A stretch of 44,863 nt of DNA from a virus (IMGVR_UViG_3300032237_000438:1-44863), one strand, 5' to 3'. Shown: positions 24,801 to 34,490, numbered from the stretch's first letter. The notes: generated by a model not told the origin, from the sequence alone. Translations and numbers: made by a program.

Positions 24801-27578
24801 AGGTTCCCACTACTAGGCGGTGAAAGCCTTGAAGGCACTACAGGCGGTCACCTCAGCTCCCAGTTCGGCGTACCTATGGAGTCGCGTACTGTCGATTCCA
24901 CAACGGCAATTCAACAGCAAATGCAGGCGCGTACTGCTTCTGTTGGTAGTGCTCCCGGTGGGTCGCAGCGGACCGTTACTACGGCCCAGCTTCGGCGTAT
25001 AGCCAGGGCTACAGGAGATGCCCCTGCTGAAATGCTTCGGCAGATGGTTAGGGAGAACCCCGTCAACGTCGAGGAGCTTTCCCGAGTGTCCCGTCAGACC
25101 GTTGATGAGGTTGCTAATGAAGCAGCTCAGGGAATCCAGGATGCCCTAGGTGTTGCTGGAGAGGTTGACTTCTCCAAGATCCTTCGTCGTGGTGATGAGG
25201 GTGATGAACTGCTCAGCCGTGCTGGCATTGTCCAGGTACGTGGTCTGATGCAGGAAGTTACTACCCGTCTTTATGAGTCTGGCTATGCCATCATGAAGTT
25301 AGGGGAGGCCAATATGGACACCTTCCCACAAGTTCAGCGAATGGCAGATGAGCTTAAGTCTCTGATGCGTATTCATAAGGTAAGTGCTAATGCTTATAGC
25401 AAGTATCTGAGCGCTTATAAGATCAAAGTCCCTGTGCTTGGCATTGAGATCTCCAACCCAGTCAAGGTTCTCAGTGAAGAGGAGCTTGCTAAGGAGATCA
25501 AGAATGCCGATAAGGTTCTCGACAAGCTTGTAAAGGATCTCGCCTCTGGTGATCCACAGGCACGTGCTGAAGCTTTCCGCCTATCTGCTGCCCTTGTGTT
25601 GGCAGAGGGTGATCCTTCCAAGATGCCTTCCCTGTGGAAGTACATCAGGGAAATTGCTACGGGTAATGGATTGAACATTATGTTCAATTCAATGCTCTCC
25701 AGCCCGAAAACCCAGGAGATTAACCTCATCTCCAACGCTATGAACACCATCTATCGGCCCATTGCGGCTGCTACAGGTGGTGATGCTCAGGTACGTAAGG
25801 CTGCTATTGCCTCGTTCTACGGGTTCCACAAGACCCTAGGAGAGTCCTTCAGGATGGCTGCGGTAGCTTTGAAGGATGGTCCTATTAACGGTGGTTCCAA
25901 GGTCGTAGAGCAGGCAGCTGAAGCCACTGAAAAGCTCAAGCTTCTCCAGCGTACTGCTGATGTTTCTGATGATAAAGGCTTCCAAGCAGCTGTTGGATTC
26001 ATCAGCATGTTGAAGGATGTGGCTGAGTTCCCTCTCTTTGCCTGGCCCTCCAAGTTGCTGACTAGTAGCGACGAGTTTTTCAAGACAATGGTTGGTCGTA
26101 TGGAGTACAACTCACAGACCATGATGCAAGCCATCAGCGAGTCTGCTAATACCTCCGATCCACTTAAGGAAACCTTTGAGCGTATGCTCAAGGCTGATCT
26201 TGATAAGAACTTTGACCCCAAAACTGGAGCTATCCTCAACGAGGATCTGCTCACCGTAGCTAAGGAGGTCACATTCCAGACTGATCTCGAAGGTCCAATG
26301 AAGGCTTTCGGAGATATGGTCAACCAGCTTCCTGTTATGCGTATCTTCTTCCCGTTTGTGAAGACAGGCCATAACATTATGGTTTACTCCGGTACTCACG
26401 TACCTCTTCTTAATAGGGCCTTAAGCGAATACAAGGCTGTTATGAATGGGACGGATGAGTATGCCAAGGCTGTCATGAAAGGTCGTGAAGCCTACGGTCG
26501 CATGCTCGTTCTTACTGGTGGACTTGCTGCGTTTAACGGTATCTTGATAGGTAATGGACCGCCGGACCCTCAAGAGAAAAAGATTTGGCTGCAGAACAAC
26601 CAACCTAGGTCTATTAACCTTACAAAACTCTCAATGGGTAAGATCCAAGGGGAGAAAGGTAAGGATAAGTTCATGGATATCAGTAGATTCGAGCCTTTTG
26701 GTCAGATTCTCACTGCTGTTGCTGACCTGGCTGCCATGACCACAGCTGGTCAACTATCAGAAGACCGTGCTGCATACCTTGCTGGCTATCTGACCTATGC
26801 AGTAGCCATGAACTTCACCAATAAGAGCTACATGCAAGGTGTTGTGCCCCTTGGTCAGGCTCTGACCCCTGGCTGGCAGGGTATTCAGACCCTTGCTTCT
26901 ATGCCAGCTGAGATTGCTAACAACTTTATCCCTCTGTCTGGAGCACGTCGAACCTTTGCGAACCTAATGAGCCCCTATGCCCAGGAGTTCAACAGCACAT
27001 TAGAGCGTTTGGCTTATTCCGCTTCAGGTGGCCTGATCAGAACAGGTGCCATTCAGCATGACTTCATCACTGGAGAGCCTGTTCCCAACCTCAATGGCGG
27101 ACCTAACGCCTTACTCCCCTTTGCTTCTACTGACCGAGGTGGCAGCAAAGTCAAGGATGCTCTAGAGCGCATTGAATTTGATAGCTCTGTGATTCTTAAG
27201 ACTCTCTCTGGTGTCAAGCTAACCGCCCAACAGCGTTCTGATCTTCAGAAGATGATGGGTGAGAGCAGCCTGCAGAACGAACTCAATGCTTGGGTATCAA
27301 ATAAGAACTTCTGGCCAGCTGTGGAGGAGTTCCAACAACGTCTACGTAATGGTGAACGTATCTACAAGGAGAATCAGCCCTTCTATAGCGAGATCGTTCG
27401 CATCATTACTGACCAACGTGACATCGCCATTGAGCAGCTAAAACGTAAATACCCAGAACTGGATAACGAGATACTTCAAAACAGGGCAAGCCGCACTGCT
27501 GATCGTCAAGGCAGACCTGCTGATACAGAGACTAACCGTAACTCCGCCATTCAAGCACTATCTAACGTACCTTGGTAA
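21867..27578 (+). CDS. Large internal virion protein (gp16-like) with inserted GNAT-like domains
   Basis: About 1900 aa, synteny, NSMLSSPKT, DEFFK and FPFVKT core motifs; start placed at MPDF after a hairpin. Confidence 0.88.
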   Translation: MPDFIDQLFQGAEQQNQGRFLDESRDDLLKAVAPAPIQQQPKPQQQQTGRVAGQNVQQRTIPGLAAPSLNGALQGVGKWIEENASIPIVDMVDNVFQGNKKTPDQIAAERKQQRAAGMQQDQRITEQLRQDPAGEPIRVVGGAIRGAAESVLNTAEIIGDTNKYLYTLGNVKQDQNPFSSKYEWASWDLGKDDAGAQTGVGKIAQGFLEFAVLAAATGGFGGLEGAGAKFAASSTNLGKAGVIAQAGARAGVSGIAADMMSATRGEGNLSNLIKENAPEWYPTWLTALAVEEDDSPWEAMLKTAFEGFGLGSASDAAGAYISGTRAIRKALKSGASEEAAAAVGEQVFKETIDSAQPLSSVTSTKPLDTEQYVQRLEEVKAADPTTYWSVDSVDPETVAKSERIAVDGGYGLVAPDGDIKGVFKDPTSTRKGVADDILRAAVAKGGMKLDNFDTYLTKVYERNGFVTVGRTPFNAEYAPPGWDEALHGRPDVVAMIYDPNGYLKELQTLKNGPRSFEEYDKLIEYRDMLLETNRVLQPVKRQLAELNSAYTFTQLPNGARIKWRILADTDMAPAFNLPEGIPAYDISWDVDTGTELGTFGRRVMTDFNRIAREQLSPGTLLVNYPAGDNYGRGASAAQSRRANVDDLRQAYIDGASPDLRAERAERWDSYSPQERAALIRISGVADIPAEQGIRARLYSRAGFGPVSDEGTQAAVVRSSPDGRGRWLQPIDLTNPEEARKLIGSQGTFLDRAARQAASLYEPEFVNRTAQAYNADFFARSAERGYSQENYYADYGANADPWSGTSASFREQVLASDAAKEGPTLRQQRLDALQEQSRQGLPVTWDDAANVVPERFTPGAAPFENFAPQTLTDLQTIPNWLSSGRVSLLNPRTGDEVSFYAVRIDDNAVLTDLSPEGLDAFAAKHADILSRDDALLSVSWNDELKAPEIQLVRGVSTEDETRFLGDLFDQPNYIGVNGRRFPLLGGESLEGTTGGHLSSQFGVPMESRTVDSTTAIQQQMQARTASVGSAPGGSQRTVTTAQLRRIARATGDAPAEMLRQMVRENPVNVEELSRVSRQTVDEVANEAAQGIQDALGVAGEVDFSKILRRGDEGDELLSRAGIVQVRGLMQEVTTRLYESGYAIMKLGEANMDTFPQVQRMADELKSLMRIHKVSANAYSKYLSAYKIKVPVLGIEISNPVKVLSEEELAKEIKNADKVLDKLVKDLASGDPQARAEAFRLSAALVLAEGDPSKMPSLWKYIREIATGNGLNIMFNSMLSSPKTQEINLISNAMNTIYRPIAAATGGDAQVRKAAIASFYGFHKTLGESFRMAAVALKDGPINGGSKVVEQAAEATEKLKLLQRTADVSDDKGFQAAVGFISMLKDVAEFPLFAWPSKLLTSSDEFFKTMVGRMEYNSQTMMQAISESANTSDPLKETFERMLKADLDKNFDPKTGAILNEDLLTVAKEVTFQTDLEGPMKAFGDMVNQLPVMRIFFPFVKTGHNIMVYSGTHVPLLNRALSEYKAVMNGTDEYAKAVMKGREAYGRMLVLTGGLAAFNGILIGNGPPDPQEKKIWLQNNQPRSINLTKLSMGKIQGEKGKDKFMDISRFEPFGQILTAVADLAAMTTAGQLSEDRAAYLAGYLTYAVAMNFTNKSYMQGVVPLGQALTPGWQGIQTLASMPAEIANNFIPLSGARRTFANLMSPYAQEFNSTLERLAYSASGGLIRTGAIQHDFITGEPVPNLNGGPNALLPFASTDRGGSKVKDALERIEFDSSVILKTLSGVKLTAQQRSDLQKMMGESSLQNELNAWVSNKNFWPAVEEFQQRLRNGERIYKENQPFYSEIVRIITDQRDIAIEQLKRKYPELDNEILQNRASRTADRQGRPADTETNRNSAIQALSNVPW

Positions 27579-27581
27579 GCA

Positions 27582-29543
27582 ATGGCTTTAACCTCTAATA
27601 GCTACACAGGGAACGGTTCAACCGTTCTCTTTTCTTTTACCTTCCCATATTTAGATACAACAGACATTAAGGTCAGTCTTAATGGTGTTGTCACAACTGC
27701 ATATACTCTAGCTAACGCTACTACAATCCAATTCAACACTGCGCCTGCTAATGGTGTAGCTATTAAGATTTACCGGGCTACTAACGATAGTCTAACGGCG
27801 GCCGAGTTCTATCCAGGTTCTGCTATCAGGTCCACGGATCTGAATAAGAACTTTACTCAGAACCTGTATGTGGTACAGGAGGCTAATAATGCTTCGGCTT
27901 CTGCTGTCACAACGGCAGCAGGAGCTGTTACCACAGCTAACACTGCTCAGTCCCAAGCTGCAGCTGCGGTAACTACAGCCAATACGGCCTCTAGCAATGC
28001 CTCTACAGCTGTCAGTACGGCTAATACTGCCTCTACTAACGCCTCTGCTGCGGTTACCACGGCAAATGCTGCTAGTGCCTCTGCTGCAAGTGCGACTAGC
28101 ACAGCTAACACGGCGCTTAGCACGGCCAACACGGCTTCTACCAATGCAGCAAGTGCTGTAAGTGTTTCTAACACTGCTGCAACTAATGCATCAGCCGCTG
28201 TCACTACAGCTAACACTGCCTCTACTAACGCCTCAGCTGCCGTTAGTACGGCAAACACTGCTTCTTCCAATGCCTCAAGTGCTGTAACCACAGCAAACAA
28301 TGCGCTTAGTGTTGCAAATACCGCTTCTACTAATGCATCCAATGCAGTAACTACTTCCAACACGGCTAGCTCCACAGCTACTGCTGCTGCACAGGATGCT
28401 GCTAACGCTATTGCAGCTGTGTCTGCTGCTTCACTTTATGTGATCGTTGCAGCTGTTGCCAATATTCCTACTTCTCCTACCAACAACCAAGGTGTACAGA
28501 TTACCAATACCACTGGTTTGGAATCCTTTACCCCGTTGTCTGGCAAGCCTGTAGGGTTTGTTGGTAGCTCTGCAATCTATGCACGGATCAGGTACTCCAC
28601 TGGTACCTCTTCTTGGGTGTGGGTTGACTATGCTGCCAATGATCCAGAGAACCGATACCTGCCTAAAACTGGTGGAACCCTGACTGGTGCCTTGACGCTT
28701 AGTGGCGCACCTAGCTCTTCATTGCAAGCTGCTACTAAAGCTTATGTAGACGCTGGTGATGCCACCTTAACTACCAGTGTTGGTACTGCTCAGACTACGG
28801 CTAATACGGCTGTTACTAATGCTGCTACAGCTAGTACCGCAGCTGCTGCAGCCCAGACCACAGCCAATGCTGCCCTGCCAAAGGCTGGTGGCACCATGAC
28901 TGGTGCGATTGTTTTTGATGCTAATCAAACAAAAGCAAGCACTACTGGTTACGGGATTACTCAGCTAACCGATAGTGTTAGCAGTACTTCAACAGCTACA
29001 GCTGCCACACCTGCTTCTGTCAAGGTGGCTAATGATGCAGCTGTTGCTGCTCAATCTACGGCTAATACGGCTGTAACGAATGCAGCTTCAGCTCAAACCA
29101 CTGCCAACACTGCTGTCACTAACGCAGCTACAGCCCAGACCACTGCCAACGCTGCCCTGCCAAAGGCTGGCGGAACAATGACTGGGGACATCACCCTCAA
29201 CGCCCAGTCTGATCTCCGCTTTGCTGATGCTGATAGCAGCAACTGGGTAGCCTTCCAGGCCCCGTCTACTGTTGCCTCAAACGTTACCTGGACTCTTCCT
29301 GCTACTGATGCAAGTGTGTCTGGTTATGCGCTAAAAAGTGACGGTGCTGGTCAACTGTCTTGGGGTCTTGCTGGTGGAGCACTTGGGTCTGGTACTAACC
29401 AAATCTTCTATGAAAATGATCAAGCTGTAACAGGAAACTACTCCATTACGGCTGGCAAAAACGCCATGACTGCGGGTCCAGTAACAGTTAACTCTGGCAT
29501 CACAGTTACGGTTCCTTCCGGTTCTTATTGGAGTATTGTTTAA
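27582..29543 (+). CDS. Tail fibre (gp17-like)
   Basis: T7-type N-terminal anchor (YTGNGST..FSFTFPYL...DLN.NF.Q.LY..QE), A/T/S/N repeats, LPKxGGTMTG repeats. Confidence 0.92.
   Translation: MALTSNSYTGNGSTVLFSFTFPYLDTTDIKVSLNGVVTTAYTLANATTIQFNTAPANGVAIKIYRATNDSLTAAEFYPGSAIRSTDLNKNFTQNLYVVQEANNASASAVTTAAGAVTTANTAQSQAAAAVTTANTASSNASTAVSTANTASTNASAAVTTANAASASAASATSTANTALSTANTASTNAASAVSVSNTAATNASAAVTTANTASTNASAAVSTANTASSNASSAVTTANNALSVANTASTNASNAVTTSNTASSTATAAAQDAANAIAAVSAASLYVIVAAVANIPTSPTNNQGVQITNTTGLESFTPLSGKPVGFVGSSAIYARIRYSTGTSSWVWVDYAANDPENRYLPKTGGTLTGALTLSGAPSSSLQAATKAYVDAGDATLTTSVGTAQTTANTAVTNAATASTAAAAAQTTANAALPKAGGTMTGAIVFDANQTKASTTGYGITQLTDSVSSTSTATAATPASVKVANDAAVAAQSTANTAVTNAASAQTTANTAVTNAATAQTTANAALPKAGGTMTGDITLNAQSDLRFADADSSNWVAFQAPSTVASNVTWTLPATDASVSGYALKSDGAGQLSWGLAGGALGSGTNQIFYENDQAVTGNYSITAGKNAMTAGPVTVNSGITVTVPSGSYWSIV
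27900..28400 (+). repeat. Approx. 42-bp/14-aa tandem repeats (AVxTANTASxNASx) in the tail fibre; boundaries approximate
   Basis: About ten imperfect copies visible in the translation. Confidence 0.85.
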
Positions 29544-29545
29544 TT

Positions 29546-30028
29546 ATGGCTATTACTATTGATGGTAACGGGAATATCACTGGCCTTCTTGCTGGTGGTC
29601 TTCCCGACCTTTCTATTACTAATGCAGATCTTGCAACTAATGCTGTAAGCACAAGCAAGGTGCTTGATGGTGCTGTCACCACCGCCAAGCTTGGCTCCGC
29701 TGAACAATCGGGCCTGTGCAAAGCCTGGGTGAACTTCAACGGCACCACCGCATCACCCAGCACAATCCGCGCTTCGTATAACGTCAGCAGTGTGACGAAG
29801 AATGGGACGGGGGACTATACGGTGAACTTTGCGGCGGCGATGGTGGATGCGAATTACAATATTGTGGGCGGAGCTAGTTCTACAGGTGGTTTTTGTGTTT
29901 CGCTGGCGATGGTTAATGGTTACGGACGGACTGGCTCAGCATCTACAACGGCGGTCAGAATGTTTATACATAACAACAGCAATACTTCAGTTGACGAGGG
30001 CTATGTATCTATTTCCATCTTCCGCTAA
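29546..30028 (+). CDS. Tail-fibre tip-like protein
   Basis: AVTTAKL repeats; KAWVNFNG...IRASYNVSSV...GTGDYTVNF domain. Confidence 0.75.
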   Translation: MAITIDGNGNITGLLAGGLPDLSITNADLATNAVSTSKVLDGAVTTAKLGSAEQSGLCKAWVNFNGTTASPSTIRASYNVSSVTKNGTGDYTVNFAAAMVDANYNIVGGASSTGGFCVSLAMVNGYGRTGSASTTAVRMFIHNNSNTSVDEGYVSISIFR

Positions 30029-30034
30029 CCCATC

Positions 30035-30244
30035 ATGACAAACGCAATCATCTACCCCCAAGACAACGGCAACATCGCACTGGTGATGCCAACCGGCGAA
30101 CTTCCTATCGAGGACGTTGCCCAGAAGGACGTACCTGCTGGCAAGCCCTACCTGATTGTGAATTACGCCGACCTCCCCGAGGATCACACCTTCTTCGGTG
30201 CTTGGGAGGCCGACTTCACCAACGCAGAGGTGGCAGGATCATGA
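30035..30244 (+). CDS. Small tail-associated protein
   Basis: KDVPAGKPYLIV...LP.D..F..AW motif usually found beside the preceding domain. Confidence 0.7.
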   Translation: MTNAIIYPQDNGNIALVMPTGELPIEDVAQKDVPAGKPYLIVNYADLPEDHTFFGAWEADFTNAEVAGS

Positions 30245-30477
30245 TCACCATCAACATGGATAAGGCCAAAGCTATCGGTCACGAGATGCGCCGCGCTCAA
30301 CGTGAAGCTGAGTTTGCGCCATACGATGCACTGATCGCCAAACAGATCCCCGGTGTTGATGCAGCCGCAGCAGAAGCTGTTCGACAGGAAATTCGTGACC
30401 GCTACGCTGTGATGCAGAAAGCAATCGACAAGGCCAAAACCACTGATGCCATCAAGGCAGCATTGGAGGCCAGCTAA
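30241..30477 (+). CDS. Tail-fibre assembly chaperone-like protein
   Basis: ATGA coupling; KAK.I.H..RR..R...F...D helical motif. Confidence 0.7.
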   Translation: MITINMDKAKAIGHEMRRAQREAEFAPYDALIAKQIPGVDAAAAEAVRQEIRDRYAVMQKAIDKAKTTDAIKAALEAS

Positions 30478-30479
30478 TC

Positions 30480-31079
30480 ATGCCAGTCCGTCTCTCAGGA
30501 TCCACCAGCGGTTACACCGAGCTTGCGGCACCAGCAACGGCTGGCAACAACGCGCTGACGCTGCCCACGGGTAATGGCAACACTGGCCAGGTGCTCAGCA
30601 CGAATGGGAGTGGAGCGCTGAGTTGGGCAAACGCTGGAAAAATTTTGCAAGTAGTTCAGACCGTAAAATCCGACACTTTCAGCTCCGCCACAAAGGGCTC
30701 GTATGTTGCCGTGACAGGTTTGTCGGCAACAATTACGCCTGCTTCAACGAGCAGCAAAATACTGGTCATAGCGGAAGTTACATTTGATACTCAAAATAAT
30801 TACCCCGTATTTTTTCATATTTATCGTGGGGGCAGCAAAATTACGCCTAACGGTAATAGCACCGGATACACGCCGGCAGATTCTTACACTACCAGCCAAC
30901 AGCCAGCCGACTCAAGAGCTTGGCTAGATCAACAGACATTGATTTATTTAGACAGCCCAGCCAGTTCTTCTGCGCAAACTTATCAGGTCTACGCCGCAAA
31001 GCCTACCGCGGCTACCTCTAATCTCATCATTAACACCTTTGGCTCCTCAAACATTCTTCTGATGGAGGTGGGAGCATGA
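30480..31079 (+). CDS. Tail-fibre tip-like protein
   Basis: GSTSG...L.APA, GQVL.TNGSG.LSW, GKILQVV, ITP.STSSKILV, YLDSPA. Confidence 0.75.
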   Translation: MPVRLSGSTSGYTELAAPATAGNNALTLPTGNGNTGQVLSTNGSGALSWANAGKILQVVQTVKSDTFSSATKGSYVAVTGLSATITPASTSSKILVIAEVTFDTQNNYPVFFHIYRGGSKITPNGNSTGYTPADSYTTSQQPADSRAWLDQQTLIYLDSPASSSAQTYQVYAAKPTAATSNLIINTFGSSNILLMEVGA

Positions 31080-31384
31080 AACTCAATCACAACGCCATTT
31101 ATCGCGCTTATCCCAACGTCATCACCATTGACGATGGCGCCGGAGCTTTCGACGCGGCTGGCAACCCCGTTCAGGTTGATCAGGCAAAGGTCGGTGCGGC
31201 AGCAATCATCGTTGCCCAGGAACAAGCGCTGGCCAACGCTCGACGTGATCGCGCCACCGCCTACACCACCGAAGCTGATCCGCTGTTTTTCAAAGCGCAG
31301 CGTGGTGAGGCCACCATTGAAGAGTGGCAGGCCAAGGTCGAAGAAATCCGCAGCCGCTATCCGTACCCTAACGATCAGCCATGA
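31076..31384 (+). CDS. Tail-fibre assembly chaperone-like protein
   Basis: RRDRATAY...D...W...V.EIR.RYP pattern. Confidence 0.7.
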   Translation: MKLNHNAIYRAYPNVITIDDGAGAFDAAGNPVQVDQAKVGAAAIIVAQEQALANARRDRATAYTTEADPLFFKAQRGEATIEEWQAKVEEIRSRYPYPNDQP

Positions 31385-32379
31385 GCACCATCCTTGCTTC
31401 AAACCTTGCCGGACCATCAAGCACCGGCACTGCTGCGATCCTGGCCAGCTTGAATGGTGATGCGCTCGCCGGTCATCGCAACCGCCTCATCAACGGCGGG
31501 ATGCAAATCGACCAGCGCAATAGTGGCGCGTCCGTTTCTTCTAGTACCGGCGTTGCGACCTACACCGTTGACCGCTGGTACGTTTACGCCACTGGTGCGG
31601 CAGTCACAGCGCAACGGATTACATCGTCTAACACAACATTTACAAGCGCAGTGCGCATCACTGGCGCCGCAAGCAATACAGCCGTTTCATTTGGCCAGCG
31701 AATTGAGGTTCAAAACAGCTACGATCTGGCCGGCAAAACCGTCACGTTGTCGTTCTACGCTGCCAGCAGCGCATCCATAACGCTGACGTGGAAAGCTTAC
31801 TATGCTGGCGCAGCTGACAACTTCACGACCCAAACGCAATCCAACACCGGCACGCAGGCCACCACATCAACGCTGACCAAATACTCCGCAACGTTCACAT
31901 TGCCATCAGCGGCGACAACAGGTGTATCCATTGAAATTGGAGTCGCCGGTGCATTCACATCCGGCACCTTTGACCTCACGGGTGTGCAGTTGGAGCTGGG
32001 ATCCGTCGCAACACCTTTTGAGCGCAGGAGCTTTGGGCAGGAGCTGGTGTTGTGTCAGAGGTATTACGAAAAAAGTTATGACGTAGGGACAGCGCCAGGG
32101 ACCGTTACTTCAAATGGTGCTATTGGTGTGTTTCCAGCTGCATATGCGGTTTATTTTCAGGTTCAGTTCAAAGCCATAAAGCGGGTAGTGGCCACTTGCA
32201 CAGGCTATAGCCCGCAAACCGGCGCAACAGGAAAATACAACTGGAACATGTCCACGCCAAACGACACCGCATTAACCGGGACCATAGCAAATGGGCAATA
32301 TGGAATCACATTTTTTAACAGCTCATCGCCTGGAAATGTGAGCGCCTATTTGCATTTCACCGCTGATGCCGAACTCTAA
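31381..32379 (+). CDS. Tail-fibre tip with carbohydrate-binding-like domain
   Basis: RNRLINGGM.I.QR, DRW, TLSFY, GVQLELGSVATPFE.R....EL..CQRYY. Confidence 0.78.
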   Translation: MSTILASNLAGPSSTGTAAILASLNGDALAGHRNRLINGGMQIDQRNSGASVSSSTGVATYTVDRWYVYATGAAVTAQRITSSNTTFTSAVRITGAASNTAVSFGQRIEVQNSYDLAGKTVTLSFYAASSASITLTWKAYYAGAADNFTTQTQSNTGTQATTSTLTKYSATFTLPSAATTGVSIEIGVAGAFTSGTFDLTGVQLELGSVATPFERRSFGQELVLCQRYYEKSYDVGTAPGTVTSNGAIGVFPAAYAVYFQVQFKAIKRVVATCTGYSPQTGATGKYNWNMSTPNDTALTGTIANGQYGITFFNSSSPGNVSAYLHFTADAEL

Positions 32380-32385
32380 CCATCA

Positions 32386-32619
32386 ATGACCATGTACCAA
32401 CTCACCGTCACCGACACCATCCTCCGCCTTGCGGACAACGCCTTCATCCCACCCGACCCCGCCAACACCGATTACCGCGAATATCTCGCGTGGGTTGAAG
32501 CTGGCAACACTCCCGAGCCTGCACCCGAACCACCGGCACCTGTTGAACTGACGCCTGCTGAGAAGTTGGCAGCGTCTGGGTTGACGGTGGAGGAACTTAA
32601 GAACCTTCTTGGCTTTTAA
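32386..32619 (+). CDS. Small tail chaperone-like protein
   Basis: IPPDPANTDY.EYLAWV..GNTP, EKLAASGLTVEELK. Confidence 0.72.
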   Translation: MTMYQLTVTDTILRLADNAFIPPDPANTDYREYLAWVEAGNTPEPAPEPPAPVELTPAEKLAASGLTVEELKNLLGF

Positions 32620-32641
32620 TTAAACATACTCTTATTAAAAA

Positions 32642-32845
32642 ATGCTTACCATCCTTGGTGCCAAGGTGTCTTATGACACTGCGGCCTGGTTTGTGCTGTT
32701 CGTTGCCTCCGAATATCTTGGCACTAACCCCCGTCTGAAATCTAATAGCGTTGTTCAAGCAGTTGTGTCTGCTGTCAACTCGTTCAAACTGTTCCGTAAG
32801 GAAGACGACCGGATTCGTCGCATCAAAGACTCCTTCAAGGGTTGA
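32642..32845 (+). CDS. Small membrane protein, putative holin
   Basis: One TM helix, basic C-terminus, directly upstream of the peptidase. Confidence 0.55.
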   Translation: MLTILGAKVSYDTAAWFVLFVASEYLGTNPRLKSNSVVQAVVSAVNSFKLFRKEDDRIRRIKDSFKG

Positions 32846-32850
32846 AGACA

Positions 32851-33396
32851 ATGGTGCTGCTTCCGGTGAAGCAGTATTACTCTCAAGTCGACAGTAAGAC
32901 AGGTAACGGAGGTCGGATGTGCTTTAGCTCTTCATGTGCTATGGCCGTCAAGTACCTCCAACCTGAGAAATTGAAAGGGAGTAATGCTGATGATGATTAC
33001 TTAAAGACCGTACTCAAATACGGCGATACAACTCAAGCCCACGCTCAAATCAAAGCCTGTTCACACTACGGTGTCTTTGCTAACTTCTATACCACCGGTA
33101 ATAAGCAGTCCATCCTTTCTGAACTGAAGGCTGGCTATCCAGTAGCTACTGGCATCCTTCATCATGGCCCAGCATCGGCTCCAACCGGTGGTGGCCATTA
33201 CATGCTGTGTATTGGTGATGAAGGTGTTAATGGCGTCTTTCACGACCCCTACGGTGAGCTAGATAACGTCAATGGTGGCTATGTCAAAGTTGGTTCAGGT
33301 GGGATGTCAGTCAGATATGGCTGGACTAACTGGCTAAAACGTTGGCAAGTTGAAGGTCCAAATAGTGGTTGGTTCATGACCTTCAGAAAACAATGA
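32851..33396 (+). CDS. C39-like cysteine peptidase, putative endolysin
   Basis: Q...RMCFSSSCAM, GGGHY, HDPYG (Cys-His-Asp). Confidence 0.82.
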   Translation: MVLLPVKQYYSQVDSKTGNGGRMCFSSSCAMAVKYLQPEKLKGSNADDDYLKTVLKYGDTTQAHAQIKACSHYGVFANFYTTGNKQSILSELKAGYPVATGILHHGPASAPTGGGHYMLCIGDEGVNGVFHDPYGELDNVNGGYVKVGSGGMSVRYGWTNWLKRWQVEGPNSGWFMTFRKQ

Positions 33397-33638
33397 TTGA
33401 AGCAATTCTAACGGGTGTTGTCTCCCTAGTCATTGGTGCTAGCGGTGGTATGGCAGCCATTCATTCACGTACTAGTTCAAGAGTGGCAGACCTAGACCGA
33501 CGTATTGACCAAATGGAATTACGTGTTGCTGAAAAGTACGTGCCACGTAATGAACTATCCAATGCACTCCAGAAGATGGAAGATCACATGATCCGCATTG
33601 AAAATAAACTCGATCAAATAGCCCTCCGCAATAACTGA
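33393..33638 (+). CDS. TM plus coiled-coil protein (lysis-associated?)
   Basis: ATGA coupling; N-terminal TM, EKYVPR, RIENKLD. Confidence 0.65.
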   Translation: MIEAILTGVVSLVIGASGGMAAIHSRTSSRVADLDRRIDQMELRVAEKYVPRNELSNALQKMEDHMIRIENKLDQIALRNN

Positions 33639-33639
33639 C

Positions 33640-33870
33640 ATGTCTAAACGTGCAAGTGAGGATGCATTTGAAGAGCTGCACGCAATCTTGACTAATGAGA
33701 TTGCATCTAGGATTAAATCAGGTGAGGCTACGACTGCTGACCTACGGGCTGCTATTGATTGGCTTAAAGCCAACGATATTACTGGAGTAGCCATCGAAGG
33801 CTCTCCTCTTGCTGGCCTTGCGGGCCTCATACCTGAGTTGACCTTTGAAGATGTTGAGAGGCATGTTTAA
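33640..33870 (+). CDS. Terminase small subunit (gp18-like)
   Basis: RASED.F.ELH, RIKSGEATTADL, WLKANDI. Confidence 0.85.
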   Translation: MSKRASEDAFEELHAILTNEIASRIKSGEATTADLRAAIDWLKANDITGVAIEGSPLAGLAGLIPELTFEDVERHV

Positions 33871-34175
33871 TGGCACACTCTGGTCCTAGTAAATCAAGTA
33901 AGTTCTACAAATCCAATAGCACAGCTGCTGCTAAGAAACGCGCCTACGACGCTGCATACCGTAAGCGCGAGAAAGGATCTCTAGCTCCCGATGGCCCAAA
34001 GAAGAAGCGCCTTAATGCTGAAGGTGCTCGCCGCTGGGCAGAACGTAAGAAGCGCGGTATTGCCGGAAAGGGTGGGCCAGACATGAGCCACACCAAATCC
34101 AACCGCCTTGTTGCCGAGAATAAAACTACCAACCGTGGCCGCAACGGTAAGAACGGTAAGTCCACCAAAAAGTAA
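33870..34175 (+). CDS. Basic protein with degenerate HNH-like motif
   Basis: K/R-rich; DMSH...LV.E...NRGRN. Confidence 0.7.
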   Translation: MAHSGPSKSSKFYKSNSTAAAKKRAYDAAYRKREKGSLAPDGPKKKRLNAEGARRWAERKKRGIAGKGGPDMSHTKSNRLVAENKTTNRGRNGKNGKSTKK

Positions 34176-34217
34176 TTCCTAACCCAACCCCCCTAACGAC
34201 AGCCTACGAATGAGCCG

Positions 34218-34484
34218 ATGGATAGCCCCCGAAGCCTCATGCATGAACTCCTCACCTTCCGATCCAGCGATGCTAAGCGGATGTGGCGTGAGGAAATTAA
34301 AAGGCGGGATGGGTATCGCTGCGTCTATTGCGGTGCCACTGACAATTTGACTCTTGACCATGTGCGTCCACGTTCCCTTGGTGGGCCTACTACTTCAGAC
34401 AACTGTGTGACCGCTTGCCGTGATTGTAATCAGGCCAAGGGTTCAATGCAGGTAGACACTTTTCTTTTTTGTAAATTCGCTTAA
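34218..34484 (+). CDS. HNH endonuclease
   Basis: [32 protein letters not shown]. Confidence 0.92.
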   Translation: MDSPRSLMHELLTFRSSDAKRMWREEIKRRDGYRCVYCGATDNLTLDHVRPRSLGGPTTSDNCVTACRDCNQAKGSMQVDTFLFCKFA

Positions 34485-34490
34485 CTACTC

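Noticed and set aside
29546-32619. Diversity-generating retroelement or invertible tail cassette
   Set aside because: No reverse transcriptase, TR/VR pair, inverted modules or invertase seen
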